From sequence record CP071152.1: DNA of 64,000 nt; one strand, given 5' to 3'. Positions within the stretch are counted from its first letter, which is position 1, and each line of letters begins with the position of its first letter. The notes under the pieces are model-generated. The model was given only the letters and a program-made list of their open reading frames with translations. It did no database searches and was not told the DNA's origin. Source of the stretch: a plasmid. Of this stretch, positions 61,802 to 64,000 are shown one piece after another. A program made the translations under genes and the position numbers.

Positions 61802-62457
61802 GAGCGAGCAACGAATTTAAACCGGATGCCGGTATGGCTGTGCTCAATCTCAACGCCAAGAGCTGGATGGTGAGCCGATTTGTCTCGGGTAGCTTCCAGA
61901 AAACGCATTATGCGTTCCTGCGTGTCGGCACCCTGTTGCGCATGACGGCATCAGACCCGGCCAACCAGAAGAAGATTCTCGACTGGCTGGACTTTCTCTT
62001 CAAGAACGCCAACGACAGCGTAGAAGCAGATCGCGCTTCGCTCAAAGTGTTGTCCAAATCCCCAGATATTGAGGGGCTGGATATTGTTTTCAGTGAACGA
62101 GACGATGTGTTTAAGTTTTATATCAACCATCCGAAGATGGTGCGTTTCGTCAAACTCATCCCAACCATCGACGATTTGGCACTCGAAACTGATCGTCTAT
62201 GGTATGCAGGGGTTGTCCCAGATGAGCAGCGAGAAATGACGTTCAAGAAGTTGATGTATCCCATCAATGCCATCACTGAACATTTTAATTACGTCACCAA
62301 CGTAGCGCGGCGGCAGGGCCAGCCCTACTCAGCCGAATTGTTCCTGACTCTGCTTTCTGAACAAGCGACGATGCGCGATTTCATCATGCACCATTTTAGT
62401 GATGAAGATACCAAGCTCTTTGCTACCACGGTGAAGAGCATTGCCGGAATAGTGTAA
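61672..62457 (+). CDS. Hypothetical protein (261 aa by ORF track; alternative start 61834 gives 207 aa)
   Basis: Overlaps the preceding ORF by 130 bp if started at 61672. Followed by a terminator and traI. Could be a relaxase accessory (MobI-like) protein by position only. Confidence 0.45.
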   Translation: MATEQQQQSANKLNGAANTGRSGENIAARPAAGAVSKPAGRYVRASNEFKPDAGMAVLNLNAKSWMVSRFVSGSFQKTHYAFLRVGTLLRMTASDPANQKKILDWLDFLFKNANDSVEADRASLKVLSKSPDIEGLDIVFSERDDVFKFYINHPKMVRFVKLIPTIDDLALETDRLWYAGVVPDEQREMTFKKLMYPINAITEHFNYVTNVARRQGQPYSAELFLTLLSEQATMRDFIMHHFSDEDTKLFATTVKSIAGIV

Positions 62458-62475
62458 TGTTGAAAGTTTTCTGTG

Positions 62476-62506
62476 TGGGGCTATTGGGGTAGCCCCATTT
62501 TTTTTG
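62476..62506 (+). terminator. Rho-independent terminator (GGGGCTA-ttgg-GGTAGCCCC + T8)
   Basis: Stem-loop plus T-tract 19 bp after the stop of 61672-62457 and 10 bp before the traI SD/ATG. Confidence 0.65.
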
Positions 62507-62515
62507 AGGTGGCCC

Positions 62516-64000
62516 ATGAAGGAATTGGCATTTAAACTCGTAGCCAAATGTATTAGGTTATTTCCGAAATCGAAAAAGGTAACCCGTAGCGATCTGCTCA
62601 CGGAGGTGAAAACAGTCTCCGGTAAGACGGTCGTCCCGAACGGCGTATATTATTCCCCGATGCCAATCATTGGGATCCAGCTGTTATCCATCGACGATGT
62701 TCTCGCCCCGCACGCGAAGACCATTAACGACATCGTTAAACGCTCTGGGCTATCGGACGGACACCCGCAATTCAATCCAAACAAACTTATTCACGGGGTT
62801 ATTTGGCGTACCGCTGAATATGTTCATTTGCTGCCTGCCAGCGAAGACTACCACCACATCGAAGCAGGCGGACTACTGTCGCATAGCCTGGAAGTTGCGA
62901 AGACGGCGCTGGGAGCTGCCTACAACACCGACCTCCCTGCAAAGACGCATTCCGATCTTGAAACCATCCGACGCTCTCGCTATTTCTACGCCGTGTTCAT
63001 CGCCGCCCTCCTCCACGACATCGGCAAAGTCTTCATGGACGTTCGCGTATACAGCGTCGACAACGGCAACCTGATGTGGGAGCCGCGCCTGGAGTCTTTA
63101 ACGGCCTGGGCGCTCAAGCACGGGGTTAACAGCTATCGGGTAGAGTACCGGCCAGGCCGAGCCAAGAGCCACGAGCGGGCCGCAAACTACGTGTTAAGCG
63201 CCGTGCTGACCAACGAAGCCAAGGAATACCTGCTCGCCTGCAAGACCGACGACATGTTCACGGAAATCGACGAGGCAATCAGCCATTACGCCGAGCGAGA
63301 CAGCTACATCGCTCAAGCACTGCGACAGGGCGATAGCTACTCGACGTTGCAGGACATCAAGGGCCGCCACTCACGCGATACGGGCCGCCGCAACTACTCC
63401 CTCGCAACTCATTTCATCCATGCCTGCCAACGCTTAACGCCGAATTGGAAGATCAACCAGCGCAGCGGGATGGTGTGGACGATTGGCGGGGATGCGTATT
63501 TGGCCTTCCCGAATGCCCTCAACACGATCATGCAGGACATCGCGGTGCATGGCGTGAAGGCACCCAAGGATGTCCATGAGGTCTACAACCTGCTCGTTGA
63601 GCAGCACATCGTAGAGGCTACCGACAGCACGACCCGTTGCTCGTTTTGGATGCCTGGGGAGTACACCACTGAGCAGGCCTTCACAGCGCAAGAGAACATC
63701 GCGATCAAGCGCGTGGGTCAAGACTGGATTGCCGTTGTAAAGCTCAAGTCCGTCCATTACGCCTTCGGATCTGGCGTGATGCCGGAGTCCAGACCTGGAG
63801 TGCTGTTGTTGAGTCGAGAAGGCAACATGCTGCACTTCGAAAAGGGCAAGCTTTACCAGCCGACTGCACACACCGCTAAGGAGATGCAGGCGAGGGTCAA
63901 GCAGCGCGAAGAGAAAGCGAAGGAGGAAGAGGCCAAGCTGGAGCGGTTGAAAGTCGAGCGTGAAGAACAAGCGATCAAGGAGGCCAGGGAGAAGGCCGAA
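62516..64000 (+). CDS. traI: MobH-family conjugative relaxase TraI, 5' part (first 495 codons; continues beyond window end)
   Basis: Hand translation from ATG 62516 shows the HD-hydrolase-like MobH signatures HHIEAGGLLSHSLEVAK and AALLHDIGKVFMD. There are no stop codons through position 64000. The ORF track omits it because it runs off the window. Confidence 0.8.
   Translation, partial: MKELAFKLVAKCIRLFPKSKKVTRSDLLTEVKTVSGKTVVPNGVYYSPMPIIGIQLLSIDDVLAPHAKTINDIVKRSGLSDGHPQFNPNKLIHGVIWRTAEYVHLLPASEDYHHIEAGGLLSHSLEVAKTALGAAYNTDLPAKTHSDLETIRRSRYFYAVFIAALLHDIGKVFMDVRVYSVDNGNLMWEPRLESLTAWALKHGVNSYRVEYRPGRAKSHERAANYVLSAVLTNEAKEYLLACKTDDMFTEIDEAISHYAERDSYIAQALRQGDSYSTLQDIKGRHSRDTGRRNYSLATHFIHACQRLTPNWKINQRSGMVWTIGGDAYLAFPNALNTIMQDIAVHGVKAPKDVHEVYNLLVEQHIVEATDSTTRCSFWMPGEYTTEQAFTAQENIAIKRVGQDWIAVVKLKSVHYAFGSGVMPESRPGVLLLSREGNMLHFEKGKLYQPTAHTAKEMQARVKQREEKAKEEEAKLERLKVEREEQAIKEAREKAE

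Noticed and set aside
63434-63970. Minus-strand ORF of 178 aa
   Set aside because: Lies entirely inside the long open plus-strand frame of the MobH relaxase gene, which is not in the ORF track because it runs off the window. It is an antisense artefact.

Overview
This 64-kb window is a mosaic accessory region of a large conjugative element (plasmid or ICE) from a gamma-proteobacterium. Gene families, motifs, repeats and boundaries were called from the six-frame translations and by reading the DNA directly. No database search was run, so family names rest on recognised motifs and remembered architectures, not measured identities. Recognised content in window order:

- **1-6161:** the right part of a Tn3-family transposon (co-directional tnpR-tnpA with a terminal IR). 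A class 1 integron (sul1' - qacEdelta1 - dfrA cassette - attI1 - intI1 - IRi) is inserted between res and tnpR.
- **6.2-16.5 kb:** an accessory stretch. It holds a cold-shock/Excalibur fusion protein, a tyrosine recombinase operon, and a 337-bp direct duplication bracketing a lipoprotein gene. It also holds a secreted protein, a membrane-anchored DRGH nuclease and a divergent UvrD-like helicase.
- **16.6-18.2 kb:** six 33-bp iterons followed by a Zn-ribbon/TOPRIM primase-type Rep.
- **18.3-22.5 kb:** a three-gene module of an AAA+ (CobS/MoxR-like) protein, an unknown protein and a vWA (CobT-like) protein. The vWA gene contains a (CAG)16 tract.
- **24.8-26.0 kb:** a complete 1195-bp IS5.
- **26.1-38.4 kb:** a complete tellurite-resistance island. 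terZABCDE plus a terF-like TerD-vWA gene sit on the minus strand. Divergent from them is the ter-associated metabolite-biosynthesis module (ATP-grasp, PRTase, HAD, PRTase-like, HpcH/CitE-like). An AT-rich membrane-protein gene lies between terE and terF.
- **40.2-42.2 kb:** an IS graveyard. An IS5-like element is interrupted by an IS3-family element with a frameshifted orfA and by an IS21-family istB fragment. The IS5-like right end supplies the start codon of a Dcm-like C5 methyltransferase.
- **44.6-48.0 kb:** two inverted, diverged IS4-family copies, one frameshifted. The downstream CSS/EAL gene appears 5'-truncated.
- **49.6-51.3 kb:** umuDC.
- **51.5-57.1 kb:** the F-type T4SS genes traG, traH and traF.
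- **57.5-64.0 kb:** a DnaC/IstB-like ATPase, an actin-like ParM/ParR pair and an array of five 20-bp palindromic operator-like sites. After two unknown genes comes the 5' part of a MobH-family relaxase gene (traI), which runs off the window.

The observations most worth follow-up are the AAA+/unknown/vWA triad, the iteron-primase replicon with a small hydrophobic peptide upstream, the nuclease/helicase divergent pair, the palindromic site array upstream of traI, the ter-linked biosynthetic module with its AT-rich insert, and the IS5-end::methyltransferase fusion.
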